A stretch of 52,410 bases of DNA from positions 1 through 52,410 of IMG/VR virus record IMGVR_UViG_3300012953_000043; one strand, given 5' to 3'. Origin of the DNA: a virus (Duplodnaviria > Caudoviricetes). Position 1 is the stretch's first letter. Every line of letters starts with the position of its first letter. The position numbers and the translations under genes were made by a program. The notes beneath the pieces are model-generated. The model was not told the DNA's origin. It was given only the letters and a program-made list of their open reading frames with translations, and did no database searches. Positions 18,279 through 28,989 of this stretch are shown piece by piece.

Positions 18279-18905
18279 TTAACCTAATCCTCCATCTGTT
18301 GCTAAAGCACCAATACCACCAGTAATACCGCCTCCAATATTTCCAATAGCTTCCCACTTTGCTTGATTAGATTCTGCTTCTATTAATCTTTCTTGATCTA
18401 AGTTAGCTTGCAATCTGTCTAACTGAGTCAACTCTCTTTCTTCTTGTTGATCAAACATCCATTTTTCTCCTTCAGCTAGCATTTTTTGTAGGTCTTGTTC
18501 ACCTTTTGCTCTAAGATCTTCGTTTTGTTTTTCTTGTTTTTGAATATCTGCTGATATTTCTTGTTTAGATTTTGCTGCAGCTTGAGCTAATGCGGTAGCT
18601 CCTCCAGATCCAGAACCTGAAGCTCTTAATGTGTCTAAAGTATTAGCCAATGCTATATCTGTTTGTTCAGCTTGAAATTTAGCAGCACCAGTAGCAACAC
18701 TTAAATTATTATAAGGATTTGTCATGTTAGCATAAGGATTTGTTATATCTTGCCTAGTGTTTTCAGCGTCTGTAATAGCATTATTTAATGTATTTTGATC
18801 AGTTCGTGATAACTCAGCTTGCCCTTCAGCGTCGGCTGCTGCAATTGCTCCAGTTGCTGCGGATATAACCATTCCTCCTACTATCACTGCTGTTGTTGCT
18901 CCCAT
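18279..18905 (-). CDS. Putative DNA pilot/ejection protein
   Basis: Gly/Ala-rich hydrophobic N- and C-termini around a Gln-rich coiled coil, as in podovirus ejection proteins. Confidence 0.6.
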   Translation of the reverse strand: MGATTAVIVGGMVISAATGAIAAADAEGQAELSRTDQNTLNNAITDAENTRQDITNPYANMTNPYNNLSVATGAAKFQAEQTDIALANTLDTLRASGSGSGGATALAQAAAKSKQEISADIQKQEKQNEDLRAKGEQDLQKMLAEGEKWMFDQQEERELTQLDRLQANLDQERLIEAESNQAKWEAIGNIGGGITGGIGALATDGGLG

Positions 18906-18906
18906 A

Positions 18907-19317
18907 TTATTGTATTTTTTTCATTAGTTCATAAGATGGCTTTTTATCAACATGCCATCCAAATTTTTCAAATGTGTTTATCAAGTTTTTATGTCGACCT
19001 ATAAATAACATATATTTAATGTCTTGTGCTTTGCAAACGTTTTCCGCTCCAGCAATAAACAATTCTAAAGCCTCTTGTCTATCATTTTCCCTATATTCAG
19101 GATCAGAAATAATCCACTCTACCCAAGCTCCTTTGGAGTTGGTTGTGTATATGAAACCTGCTAAAATTGGTTTATTGTTTTTTTCCACCATCAGACCCCC
19201 TAAACCATTATTTGGAAGAGAATCTCTATTTGGAGTAGTCCAATCTTTCCAACCTTCCCACCACGTAGGTAAAGTTTGCCAATCAGACTCAGTTAATTGT
19301 CTTATATTTAATTGCAT
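18907..19317 (-). CDS. GNAT-fold acetyltransferase-like protein
   Basis: IRQLTESD start, AGFIY...WVEWIISDPEYR and LINTFEKFGW; occupies the position of T7 gp13-like genes. Confidence 0.6.
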   Translation of the reverse strand: MQLNIRQLTESDWQTLPTWWEGWKDWTTPNRDSLPNNGLGGLMVEKNNKPILAGFIYTTNSKGAWVEWIISDPEYRENDRQEALELFIAGAENVCKAQDIKYMLFIGRHKNLINTFEKFGWHVDKKPSYELMKKIQ

Positions 19318-19328
19318 TTTATTTTATG

Positions 19329-21212
19329 TTATTGAGAAGATACTACAAAATTAGATCCTACGGTCCATAGTTCTTTTGGCCCACCTGGATCAGTTAGTGA
19401 ATCTGTAGATATTTTAACTCTTGCTATGTAACCTTTAATCCCAGACATTGCTGATCCCCATATTATTTCTTCAGGTCTAGCCGTGCTATTGTTAACTAAG
19501 TTTGCTACATAGTCGTTTTCTTGTCTATCGAAACCTGCATGATATATAGGTGGTATTAAATAAGCACCTGTTAAATGTGTGTTTCCTGCTGTATCATATT
19601 CTCCTTCATAGTAACTATATACTTTGCTAGAAGTATCTTTATATTCTTGCCATAATGGCGGTGGTACAGGAACCGGAGGTGGATCTACAACTTCAAAGAA
19701 AGTATCCATTCCTTCTAAATCTGATTCAAAATAATCTATTTCCCAACCACTATTTCCTTCATAACTAACAGTTTGAAAGTTTTTCATAGTACTAGGAGCA
19801 GGATTGAAAATAAAAGTAATACTAGCATCGTTGCTCATAGTATAAAAAGTACCTCTGTTATTAGGAAGTATTGCATCTGAAACGTAATGTTTCCATGCAA
19901 AACCATCAAAAGTTGTAAAATAATTAGCCTTTAAACTATCTACGGAAGTAGGAGCATAACTGAAAAAACTAGTCCATCCTTTTGCCTCTTCATCAAATGT
20001 TAATGTGTAATAATCATTTGTCCATCTTTTTATAGTGGATGTAGGAGGAACTGTGTTGTCAACTAACCAATCTGCCCAATCAACATTATAGTCTGGATCA
20101 GGAGAAGTATACGGCTTTTGAATAGATAATACATAATTACTATTATGTATATCCCAACCACCTACTAATCTATCTTTAACAACCTTATTAAATCTTATAG
20201 TAACTTGTGCTATACCACATATTAAAGCACTAATATCTTCACTGGTAAATACGAAACAATTAACCTCACCTGCATTATTCCAATTTCTCCAACTTTTAAC
20301 ATATGCGTTAGTAGAGACATAATTTAAACTTATAGGATCTAAATAAGATATTGTCATACCTTTTTCTAGATTTTGTCCATCTGTTTCTAAATTAAAACCT
20401 TCAGCAAGACAATCTATTCCGCTTCCTGCAGTAACCGTGTCGGTAAAAGAAAAAGTTTTATTTGTATCAGATAATTCAGCTAAACGATCTCTAAAAAAAT
20501 CTTTCATTCCATATTCACTAATCTGAGTTAATCCATCTCTAGACAATCTCATCACAGTACCTCTATTCTTATCTGCAAAATATTTTCTATATCCAAACGT
20601 TCCAAAAGATCTAGGATCATTGCTAATTCCCCAATGACCTAAATAGGGAGTTATCTGTCCAATAACTAAGTTCTGAGTAGTAACTGGAGTTTGAACCCCA
20701 TCAGCAGCATATATAGCATCTTTATCTATTAAAGCTTTACTTACTTTATTTTCTTGAAATATACTTAAGTTTGTATCTTCTGCAAATAACCTTTGTATGC
20801 TACCATAAGCTGGATCTATACTTCTTGTAATTTCTTGACCTACACTAAAAACGTTTAATTCGTTAATTCCTGTTCTAGAATTAAATATCCCTGAATAAAT
20901 TAACCCACTAAATAATCTTTGTTGATTATTATCGTCTTCAGTTATATGAGCTTTTACACCTAAACTTGTTATATTATTGTTATAACCTCCTTGTATTCTT
21001 GCTTCTTCAACAACCCAGTTAGAATCTCCTGCACTTGTATCTGCATCAACCGGAAAAGGAGGCCATGCTCCTTGATTATTTAAAAATGTTGTAGTGCTAT
21101 TAACTCCTTCCCAGGGAACTCCTGTATAAATAGAATTTTTATTAGGAGAAGAATCAATTACTCTTTTCAGTAAGAAAGTGTTAAAATAAGATACTTCTAA
21201 TTCTGCTGCCAT
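19329..21212 (-). CDS. Tail stabilization/muzzle-like protein, C-terminal-type part
   Basis: SIDPAYGSIQRL, GISNDPRSF, YFADKNRGTVMRLSRDGLTQIS, FDEEAKGWTSFFSY: beta-propeller-like P22 gp10/crAss-like pattern. Confidence 0.65.
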   Translation of the reverse strand: MAAELEVSYFNTFLLKRVIDSSPNKNSIYTGVPWEGVNSTTTFLNNQGAWPPFPVDADTSAGDSNWVVEEARIQGGYNNNITSLGVKAHITEDDNNQQRLFSGLIYSGIFNSRTGINELNVFSVGQEITRSIDPAYGSIQRLFAEDTNLSIFQENKVSKALIDKDAIYAADGVQTPVTTQNLVIGQITPYLGHWGISNDPRSFGTFGYRKYFADKNRGTVMRLSRDGLTQISEYGMKDFFRDRLAELSDTNKTFSFTDTVTAGSGIDCLAEGFNLETDGQNLEKGMTISYLDPISLNYVSTNAYVKSWRNWNNAGEVNCFVFTSEDISALICGIAQVTIRFNKVVKDRLVGGWDIHNSNYVLSIQKPYTSPDPDYNVDWADWLVDNTVPPTSTIKRWTNDYYTLTFDEEAKGWTSFFSYAPTSVDSLKANYFTTFDGFAWKHYVSDAILPNNRGTFYTMSNDASITFIFNPAPSTMKNFQTVSYEGNSGWEIDYFESDLEGMDTFFEVVDPPPVPVPPPLWQEYKDTSSKVYSYYEGEYDTAGNTHLTGAYLIPPIYHAGFDRQENDYVANLVNNSTARPEEIIWGSAMSGIKGYIARVKISTDSLTDPGGPKELWTVGSNFVVSSQ

Positions 21213-21245
21213 ATTTTATAATTACTTGTTATTAGTTTTAATTAC

Positions 21246-24200
21246 CTAGCATTCACCAGTACATGGATCTAAATCATCACATCCACCAGAACCACTACCG
21301 CCACCACAGTCGCCAGTACAACCAGCAAATCCAACACCTGGATCTGTTGATCCTTCAGGACAAGGGAAACCATCTGCATTTACACCTGGGTGAGGGAATG
21401 TGTATATAATATCATTTACAGTAGCATTAGGATTTCCAGCATCTGCGGTATATCCCCAATATGTTTCATCTCCTCTTCCAGAAGCATTTGCGTCTTCAGC
21501 AGCAACCCCAAAATTAAATATTAACTCTTGCCCAATACAATCCGGAAAATTAGCACAACAAGAACAACTAGTTAAGTTAGCTGGATCTCCATCCCAAGCG
21601 TCTTGTTCCATTCCAAACCATCCACCTTCTCCATATATTTGTTCAGTTACATCTTGAGTTAGATATACTGAAACTTCTGTATATTTACCACTTGGCTCAA
21701 CATAAGTTTCTGTGTAAAAATCAGTGTTGTTTATACCAGCTAAAGGACCACAAGCACCTGAGCTTGTTACGCTTTTTATCTCCCAATCATATACTAGTTC
21801 AGTATTTCTCAAGACTTCAGTATAAGAACCATTTTCAAATCTCACTGTAAAGAACTCAACATCGCCATCATCTCCACTACATGTATTTACAGCTTCTTGC
21901 CATGTTATATCACTCTCAATAGTAAGAGCACCTCCATTAGGAAGTTGTGTAGCACCACCTTGAGGAGATTGTCCATTATATACAGTAACTACAGGTCTAC
22001 AATTGTCTAATAAGAAATCTCTATCAAAAGCTTTTGTTGTTCCATTTGCTGTAATTATTAATCTTAAAAATATAAATTGTAGAGGGTTAGTGCTAAGATC
22101 ATTAGCAATGAATACATTGGGATCTGCTCCTGGCTTTAATCTTAATTTCCATAAAGGTTGTCCATTAGCTCCATACGAATCTATAAAAACTTCAAAAACA
22201 TCTATTAAATCTGCAGGTAAAAAATCACCATTGTTTGATTGTAATAAAGCACATGTAGCAGCGGGATCAGCACAAGGAAAACCAGCCTCGTTAAAAGGTT
22301 CAAACGAGTTGGGAGTTACTTCAGTTCCAGGTACTGTACATTCAGACCAAGTAAACAAACTGCTACTTGTAAATTCTGGTAATGAATAAACTCCGTTAGG
22401 AGCGTACCCATCATCAATTAGTTGATTTAAATCACTAATTAGTCCACTAGACGATGTTTCCCAGTAAATCTCTAAATTAGAACGCACTGGAGTGGTTTCA
22501 AACACTGTCAGAGCATTACTAAATAAAGGAGGAAATGAAAGAGGTTTAAGTGCTGTTACAGGGAAATTTTGTTGATCATTTTTATTTAATCCAATTTGAT
22601 ATTGAGTACTTAACTCAGCAACATAAGGATTATCATCAGCTTTAAATATAGGATCTACAGGCACTCTTTCATCTCTCGTTGTAACATCTTCTAAATAATA
22701 TGGATAAAATTGATTTGCTAAATCTGTATCTCTTTTATTCTTGGTCCATTCTCCTAAAGTATTAAACGGTTGAAGAGTTGTTACGTTAACTTTATTGTAG
22801 TTATAACTATATGAAACACCTGAGTTAGGGCTAAACTGTTGATTAACCCAAATAGACATTTGATAAGGTAAAGGACTACTTATAATTGCTGATTCAATAT
22901 AATTAGGCATTACAATACTCCATAGTACTTCTTCAGATCCAAAAACTTCTTGAACAGGTCCTGGGTCATTTAAATTCTTAGGAACTTTATTTATATTATC
23001 TCCAAATAAGGAAATATTAGAAACCACTGTGGTATTAATATATCTTGGCTCTAATTGATGTCTTGCTCCTGGTCCAGTTCCTGATCCATCATCACCTATA
23101 GGATCCCATGTAATTTTCCCACTTGTAGCACCTGGTACATAAACATTATAATAATCATGATCTTGTTGTTTTACTACAATTTTATAACTGTACCAACCTA
23201 AAGGATTATCTTCACTCCAGAGACCAGGATAACCTTGTATACCGTCAGATGGAATAGGATTGTTGAAATTTATTTTTAATGAGTTCCCAAACCATTGAAC
23301 TGGATCTGGTTGTCCAAATGAATATGGAGCAAATACAGTGTCATTAGAAAAACTGTCTGTGATTAACTGAGCTGGATTTCTCAGAGTTACACTAGAAGCT
23401 CTACCATATCTATCTTGTAATACTACTCCAACTTGATAAGTTCTGTTTTGTTTTAAAGTACTTAAAGGCAACGCCTTCATGTCTGAGTCTTCATACTGAA
23501 CTCCTCTTCTAACGTTTATGTCAACTTCATAGTCTAAATATAAAGGAGAAGTATGTTTATCTAAATAATTTCCATAAACTATTCTATTAGACACGATCTC
23601 TTGACTCAAAGCAGCTACAGGAACTCTATCGCTAACCCTAATTAAATCTGCTTCAGGAAGAACTTTGTAAGGTTTTATAGAGTTATATTCAAAAATATAA
23701 TGATCAGGATAACATTGTGCTTTTATAACTATTTTTTCACCTACTGACAAAGCGTTTACAGGTAATTCTACAGCCCCTCCAGTAATAGCTTCAAATCCTA
23801 TTTGCCATAAAGCGTCTTCACAGTCAGGGTAACAATAGCCAGTTGGAGGAAAAATACTTGTAAGATAAATCGGTTCTCCATCAATAGATAATAAAGGAGT
23901 TATGCCATCTTCTCTAAATAGCTGAGCGTAAGTATCAGTACCACAATTTGTGTATATTCCATTATTTAAATATGAAAACGCATAAGCCATTGCGCCAAGT
24001 GTTTCTTCTATATATAGAGTAGTTAGTTCATCAAAATAATTATTTCCGCAGGCACTTCCTGACACTACAAAACTAGGTGGTTGACTGAATATTTCACTGC
24101 TTATATCTTCAACTACTTTTATACTTTGCTCATTGGCATCTTTAAAAAGTATTTGTATTTCGTCAACTTTGTATTCGCTTGTAAGTTTATCAACTGTAGT

Positions 24201-25667
24201 CGGTAAATCTATTTTTAGACCTATAGAGTTTATTTTATTTTCCATGAAATCAACTACACCGGTCTCAGCAGTGTTTTTCTCATCTCCTACACTACAGTTA
24301 TCCACGGGTTCAGCTAAATCATCAGGTGCTACTCCTTCTAATTTTAAAAATTCAGCATCATAATCAAAATTATTTATAAAAAAGCCATTGTTTCCTGGAA
24401 CAAAAGCAGCTTGAGTAAATGGAGCCATTAATGAATATTCTCCATCATCATACTTAAATCTATAACTAAATCTAGGAAATTTATCTTTTAAATAGTTTTC
24501 ATCACCTGGAAACGTTAAATCAAAATCAACGTTAGAATAACAAAATCTTAACTTATCTCCTACTTCCCAATTATAAGTAGGTGTAGTAACATCCACTATA
24601 ACAGCATTATTATTTATGTTTGCTGTTCTAACAATATTTAATGGTGGATTTATTAAGCTTTGTATAAAAACATCTGGTGAATTAGGTTTATCTACATTAG
24701 TACATTTAATACAATAACCGTTACCCTCCCATAAATAGTCACTAGAGGATGGAACACCAAACGAATATGCGTCACTTAAGGTAACATCTCCAGCACCTGC
24801 GCCAGCTAAATTAGAAATACTTGTTAAAAAGTGAGGAGGATTCCATTGGGAAACTTTATCTTTTAGTAGAGATTCTTTGTCTTCTATATCTAAAGCTGTA
24901 GTAGGAATAGGACTTTGAAAATCAATGACTTCTACGGGTGCATATTTAGCAACCGACACGTGATCTTCGTTTTGATAATAAGGATTACTTGAACAAGCCG
25001 GAGCGCCAAAAGCAAAATCTACATTAATTTTTCTAGGTTGATTTCTGTTATCGGTCCATGCTAGTACATCTTCTAATAGGTTTACTCCTGTTATATAATT
25101 TGTAGTAGAAAAATTTAACCAACTACCTTCAACCAGAATAGTAGTGTCTTGTGTTAGTGTATTGTAGCATACTATTTGACAAATAGCTCCTCTTGATACG
25201 TAGCCAAACACAGTTTCGTAAAAATCACTAGGTGCTCGTGCAGTTAGTTGAGGACTACAATCAGTGTAATCTGTTAAAAAATAATATATTCTATTATTTT
25301 GTGTATCAACATAACTACCTATCACTTCCATTTTAGTTCTAACAAAAGAATTAGGATCTACCGCAGCGTCATTAGTAGAAGAAGGACAAGGAATAGGAAA
25401 TCCACCAGGTGGATATAATGGACTAAGTGGTTCATAAGAATCTCTTTGAATATAATTTTTTCCAGTAGAACCTATATCTTGGATATTATTTCCTAATTTA
25501 CTAGTTTCTGTATTACCCAATACATTCTCTAACGCACCTACGTTGGGACCTTCTGATTTGTTTATTGAAATGTTTTTTCCTTCTCTGTACTCTCCCTTTT
25601 CAATTAACCTTTCGTCTAAGTCTTGGTTCATTTTAGACTTAAGAAATGTATTTTTAATTTCTGGCAT
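21246..25667 (-). CDS. Tail stabilization/muzzle-like protein, N-terminal-type part with large insertions
   Basis: MPEIKNTFLKSKMNQDLDERL...GALENVLGN, WTDNRNQPRKIN, FSYRFKYDDGEYS, LKQNRTYQVGVV. Confidence 0.65.
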   Translation of the reverse strand: MPEIKNTFLKSKMNQDLDERLIEKGEYREGKNISINKSEGPNVGALENVLGNTETSKLGNNIQDIGSTGKNYIQRDSYEPLSPLYPPGGFPIPCPSSTNDAAVDPNSFVRTKMEVIGSYVDTQNNRIYYFLTDYTDCSPQLTARAPSDFYETVFGYVSRGAICQIVCYNTLTQDTTILVEGSWLNFSTTNYITGVNLLEDVLAWTDNRNQPRKINVDFAFGAPACSSNPYYQNEDHVSVAKYAPVEVIDFQSPIPTTALDIEDKESLLKDKVSQWNPPHFLTSISNLAGAGAGDVTLSDAYSFGVPSSSDYLWEGNGYCIKCTNVDKPNSPDVFIQSLINPPLNIVRTANINNNAVIVDVTTPTYNWEVGDKLRFCYSNVDFDLTFPGDENYLKDKFPRFSYRFKYDDGEYSLMAPFTQAAFVPGNNGFFINNFDYDAEFLKLEGVAPDDLAEPVDNCSVGDEKNTAETGVVDFMENKINSIGLKIDLPTTVDKLTSEYKVDEIQILFKDANEQSIKVVEDISSEIFSQPPSFVVSGSACGNNYFDELTTLYIEETLGAMAYAFSYLNNGIYTNCGTDTYAQLFREDGITPLLSIDGEPIYLTSIFPPTGYCYPDCEDALWQIGFEAITGGAVELPVNALSVGEKIVIKAQCYPDHYIFEYNSIKPYKVLPEADLIRVSDRVPVAALSQEIVSNRIVYGNYLDKHTSPLYLDYEVDINVRRGVQYEDSDMKALPLSTLKQNRTYQVGVVLQDRYGRASSVTLRNPAQLITDSFSNDTVFAPYSFGQPDPVQWFGNSLKINFNNPIPSDGIQGYPGLWSEDNPLGWYSYKIVVKQQDHDYYNVYVPGATSGKITWDPIGDDGSGTGPGARHQLEPRYINTTVVSNISLFGDNINKVPKNLNDPGPVQEVFGSEEVLWSIVMPNYIESAIISSPLPYQMSIWVNQQFSPNSGVSYSYNYNKVNVTTLQPFNTLGEWTKNKRDTDLANQFYPYYLEDVTTRDERVPVDPIFKADDNPYVAELSTQYQIGLNKNDQQNFPVTALKPLSFPPLFSNALTVFETTPVRSNLEIYWETSSSGLISDLNQLIDDGYAPNGVYSLPEFTSSSLFTWSECTVPGTEVTPNSFEPFNEAGFPCADPAATCALLQSNNGDFLPADLIDVFEVFIDSYGANGQPLWKLRLKPGADPNVFIANDLSTNPLQFIFLRLIITANGTTKAFDRDFLLDNCRPVVTVYNGQSPQGGATQLPNGGALTIESDITWQEAVNTCSGDDGDVEFFTVRFENGSYTEVLRNTELVYDWEIKSVTSSGACGPLAGINNTDFYTETYVEPSGKYTEVSVYLTQDVTEQIYGEGGWFGMEQDAWDGDPANLTSCSCCANFPDCIGQELIFNFGVAAEDANASGRGDETYWGYTADAGNPNATVNDIIYTFPHPGVNADGFPCPEGSTDPGVGFAGCTGDCGGGSGSGGCDDLDPCTGEC

Positions 25668-25672
25668 TATAT

Positions 25673-26881
25673 TTAGTATTTAATCCATTTTGATTTACCA
25701 CGCATTATTTGAACAAACTCGTCAAGCTTTAAGTTAGATAATCTAATTTTAGCATTTCTTAATGCTGCTGATCTTTCTTTTTTAAACCTTCTTATAACAT
25801 ATTCTTGAATTCCGGTTCTTGTAGATAAAATAGCATGAAGAATATGCATGTATAAAGCTTGTTCAGCCATTTTGGGTATTTTAGTATCTTCTTCGTAAGC
25901 TAGTCCATCTGAAATATATTCAATTGTTATTAATTTGTTTGCTAAATTACTACTAAATGAAAATTTTCCTTCTCTTTCGTTTATAGTAAACCACCCGTTA
26001 ATGTTCGCTGTTTCTGGGTGTAATCCATAACGTTGACCTAGTAAAGCAAAATCTCTATACCCATACCAGGAATCAGCATACCCATAATCAAACAAAGGTT
26101 CAATACTTAAATCTTTAGGAGCGTTTTTCCATCTTTCATCTGTCAATGATGTTCCTTCTAAATTTTCTTCCCATTTATCTTGAATAGGAACACCTTCAGG
26201 AGTATTATCTTGTAAAGGTGTATCTGTTGGATTAACAGTTAAATCAGTAGGATATATTATATGTTTAACACCAACTCTGTCTATCCATGACAACTGTACG
26301 TAATTAACATAATCTTGAGGTATAATTACAGATAAACTTGATGGCACACTAACTTCTTGAGTTTTTACACTTTTTAATGTATCATAAGAAAATTCTTGTA
26401 ATCCTCTTTTTGCATGGAAAATTACATCTCCTCTTGGTGTTTGAGATATTATTTTGTCTTTACCAACATACATCATCATGAAGTTATTTACAACTTCTTC
26501 TAAACTAACGTATTCATAGCCACCATAGTTGTTCCATAGTGCTTGCTGCTTTATTTGTAATCCAATATAACCTACAGGAACGGGACCAGGCGCAGCTTTT
26601 AATGTATTACCTTCCATGGTATACCCACCGATATATTCTGTCCAAGTGCTTCCTACACCTTCAAAAGGACCTACTCCAGTTGGAGAAGTATATACTTTAA
26701 AATTATTAAGAGCATATTCAGGAGAAGCTGGATCATAACTATTAAAGCTTCCTAACTGTAAGATAGTGTTAAAGTCAAAATAAAAAGTTTCTCCTAGAAT
26801 ACCATTTGATTCTAATATTTGTTGACCTGCGTAATATTGTGCGTTTGTTTCTGTAATTAGTCCTCCATTTGGTGTTGCCAT
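25673..26881 (-). CDS. Tail ring/head-tail adaptor protein
   Basis: IPQDYVNYVQLSW, IEYISDGL; lies between capsid and muzzle genes. Confidence 0.55.
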   Translation of the reverse strand: MATPNGGLITETNAQYYAGQQILESNGILGETFYFDFNTILQLGSFNSYDPASPEYALNNFKVYTSPTGVGPFEGVGSTWTEYIGGYTMEGNTLKAAPGPVPVGYIGLQIKQQALWNNYGGYEYVSLEEVVNNFMMMYVGKDKIISQTPRGDVIFHAKRGLQEFSYDTLKSVKTQEVSVPSSLSVIIPQDYVNYVQLSWIDRVGVKHIIYPTDLTVNPTDTPLQDNTPEGVPIQDKWEENLEGTSLTDERWKNAPKDLSIEPLFDYGYADSWYGYRDFALLGQRYGLHPETANINGWFTINEREGKFSFSSNLANKLITIEYISDGLAYEEDTKIPKMAEQALYMHILHAILSTRTGIQEYVIRRFKKERSAALRNAKIRLSNLKLDEFVQIMRGKSKWIKY

Positions 26882-26887
26882 AGTTTA

Positions 26888-27676
26888 TTAACTTTTTTCG
26901 TTTATATTTTCTTGTTGAACCATTTGAGCTGCACTTTGTACTATTTGTGGATCTCTAATTACTACTCCAGCATACATTAATATTTGAATAATAACATCAG
27001 TTTGTTCTTCTACATGAAGATCAAAATCTACGGGACCAGTGGTTGGTATAACTGTACCTCCTGGTATAGGTGAGTATTCATATTGTCCTAAAGTTCCAAC
27101 TGTGTAAGCCCAAACAGGATCTTGAGGTTTTCTAATACATAAAGCCCGAACTGAATTTAAATTTAAAACACCATTATCAGGTCCATATATATCTATTCTA
27201 GGCGAACCAGGACTTGATCCACCGCTATATCCACCTTGTTGGGTATATATAGGATTTATAGCTGAAGGTTTAGTATAGTTAGAATTGTTACGAAGTAATG
27301 CTTGACCTGGATCTACCCTCTCCATAAGGTAAGATTTACCTGTAACTTCATTTTGAAAAAACAAATCTCCTATATAATAAATACTACTAGGTAAAGTGTA
27401 ATAAGACGGGTTGGGAAATAAATTGATAAAGTTTAAAGCAACATTGTCTTTGAATATAGACATTCTTTCGTCTAGATTATCTAATCTATTACCATATTCA
27501 CTATTGTTTTGAGCTACTCTAAATTGTTGGTTAAAGTCTTCAAAGTATTTTTCAAATATCTCTAACTGAACTTGAGTAGCTAAACTATTAAATTCAACAG
27601 GTGTTATAAAACCTCTTTGTTCTTTATTTAAAATTAGTAGTACTGTTTTGTACACTGTATCTACACTTATTGCCAT
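26888..27676 (-). CDS. Tail tubular/ring protein (P22 gp4-like adaptor)
   Basis: VDTVYKTVLLILNKEQRGFITPVEFN, RKPQDPVW; position. Confidence 0.55.
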   Translation of the reverse strand: MAISVDTVYKTVLLILNKEQRGFITPVEFNSLATQVQLEIFEKYFEDFNQQFRVAQNNSEYGNRLDNLDERMSIFKDNVALNFINLFPNPSYYTLPSSIYYIGDLFFQNEVTGKSYLMERVDPGQALLRNNSNYTKPSAINPIYTQQGGYSGGSSPGSPRIDIYGPDNGVLNLNSVRALCIRKPQDPVWAYTVGTLGQYEYSPIPGGTVIPTTGPVDFDLHVEEQTDVIIQILMYAGVVIRDPQIVQSAAQMVQQENINEKS

Positions 27677-27696
27677 ATTTCCTGTTTTACTATAAA

Positions 27697-27729
27697 TAAT
27701 AAAGGCGGCGATAATAGCCGCCTTTATTA
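27697..27729 (-). terminator. Rho-independent terminator
   Basis: TAATAAAGGCGGC-GATAATA-GCCGCCTTTATTA perfect 13-bp stem; U-rich tail on - strand. Confidence 0.75.
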
Positions 27730-27751
27730 AGATTACATGTTTAGTGAGTAT

Positions 27752-28522
27752 TTAACTAAACTTTTTTTCTATTGACTTATACACTTCTAATCCTTCATCT
27801 GTCTGGAACCACGATGCTAAAGCGCTATACGCGTTTTCATCAAATGGTACAGTCATAAGCTTTTTACCATTACTTCCCCATGAAAATGTTTTTTGATCTT
27901 GAGAAAGTTTGATTATACCAGCTTCTCTTGCTTTTATACCAAAGTTCCTTAATTGTATGTTTTCATCGTTCGCTAACGCTAAAAAGGTTTTAGGATTATT
28001 TTTTGCAAATACCCTAAGATCTCTTTTTATTTCTTTAGTAGAAAGAGAGTTTACATCTGAACCAACTTCCACTCTTAATATAGCTTCTGCATGATCTATA
28101 TCCATTCCTTTAGCAGCATTCATAGCTTCTAATTGGATATCAAATAAATCTAAATCTTCCACAGCTTCTTTTACATCATCTATTTCTCCATATCTTTTCC
28201 CTTTCCATGGGTGATACAAAGATAGTAACTTTTGAAGACTTTGTTTCTCTTTAGGTACAAACAACGCGCCATCGTTAAATATAACGTGTCTCATAGTACA
28301 TTGCCCTTGTTGTTCATCTACAAAAACAGAGTTCTGATTAGTTGCATATCTAATTTCTCTTTGCATGTTTGTTTCTGGATCGAAATATAATAAAGGAAAT
28401 CTTCTTGTATGTTTAGAAGGTAAAGTGAAACTTAAAGGACTTTTATTATTTAATAAGTAATAAGTTCTATCTTTTATCTCCCACGTGTCTTCTATTTTTA
28501 AATCTTTTGTTTCTTTTGACAT
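27752..28522 (-). CDS. Hypothetical protein of the head module
   Basis: ORF track; flanked by terminators downstream of the capsid genes. Confidence 0.7.
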   Translation of the reverse strand: MSKETKDLKIEDTWEIKDRTYYLLNNKSPLSFTLPSKHTRRFPLLYFDPETNMQREIRYATNQNSVFVDEQQGQCTMRHVIFNDGALFVPKEKQSLQKLLSLYHPWKGKRYGEIDDVKEAVEDLDLFDIQLEAMNAAKGMDIDHAEAILRVEVGSDVNSLSTKEIKRDLRVFAKNNPKTFLALANDENIQLRNFGIKAREAGIIKLSQDQKTFSWGSNGKKLMTVPFDENAYSALASWFQTDEGLEVYKSIEKKFS

Positions 28523-28544
28523 AATATAATATAATTAAAAAGTT

Positions 28545-28572
28545 AAAAAAGACCCCTAATTAAAGGGGTCTT
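28545..28572 (-). terminator. Rho-independent terminator after the capsid operon
   Basis: - strand AAGACCCCT-TTAATT-AGGGGTCTTTTTT. Confidence 0.8.
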
Positions 28573-28584
28573 ATTAATTGTAAT

Positions 28585-28959
28585 CTACGATATCTCTACA
28601 CCAGTGATCTTATAAAGCGTTGGAGCTTCTAAGTATTCAGTTGGAACAGCAACATCAGCAAATTTAGGAATATGATATGGATCTGCCACACCAGCTTCTA
28701 AAATTGCGTTTAGAGCATCAATTGCAGCTTGTGGAAGCGTAGCTCCCATATCGCCATCAAATTGAATCTCTAGAGTTGTAGCCGCACCACCAGTTGGATC
28801 TTGAATAGCAAGATCAAACGATGATAACGAATTACTATCAGAGTAACCAGAGATTAATATAGGAATGTCAACATCCACTATAACATCACCAGTTTGTATA
28901 CCACTACCACCAGATAATTCTGATGTGTCTGTATTTGGGTTTATGAAATTGATAAGCAT
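28585..28959 (-). CDS. Putative capsid decoration/auxiliary protein
   Basis: Acidic beta-rich 124-aa ORF right after the major capsid gene, before the terminator. Confidence 0.45.
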   Translation of the reverse strand: MLINFINPNTDTSELSGGSGIQTGDVIVDVDIPILISGYSDSNSLSSFDLAIQDPTGGAATTLEIQFDGDMGATLPQAAIDALNAILEAGVADPYHIPKFADVAVPTEYLEAPTLYKITGVEIS

Positions 28960-28989
28960 AACTTTGTATTTTTTAAATGTTAATAATTA

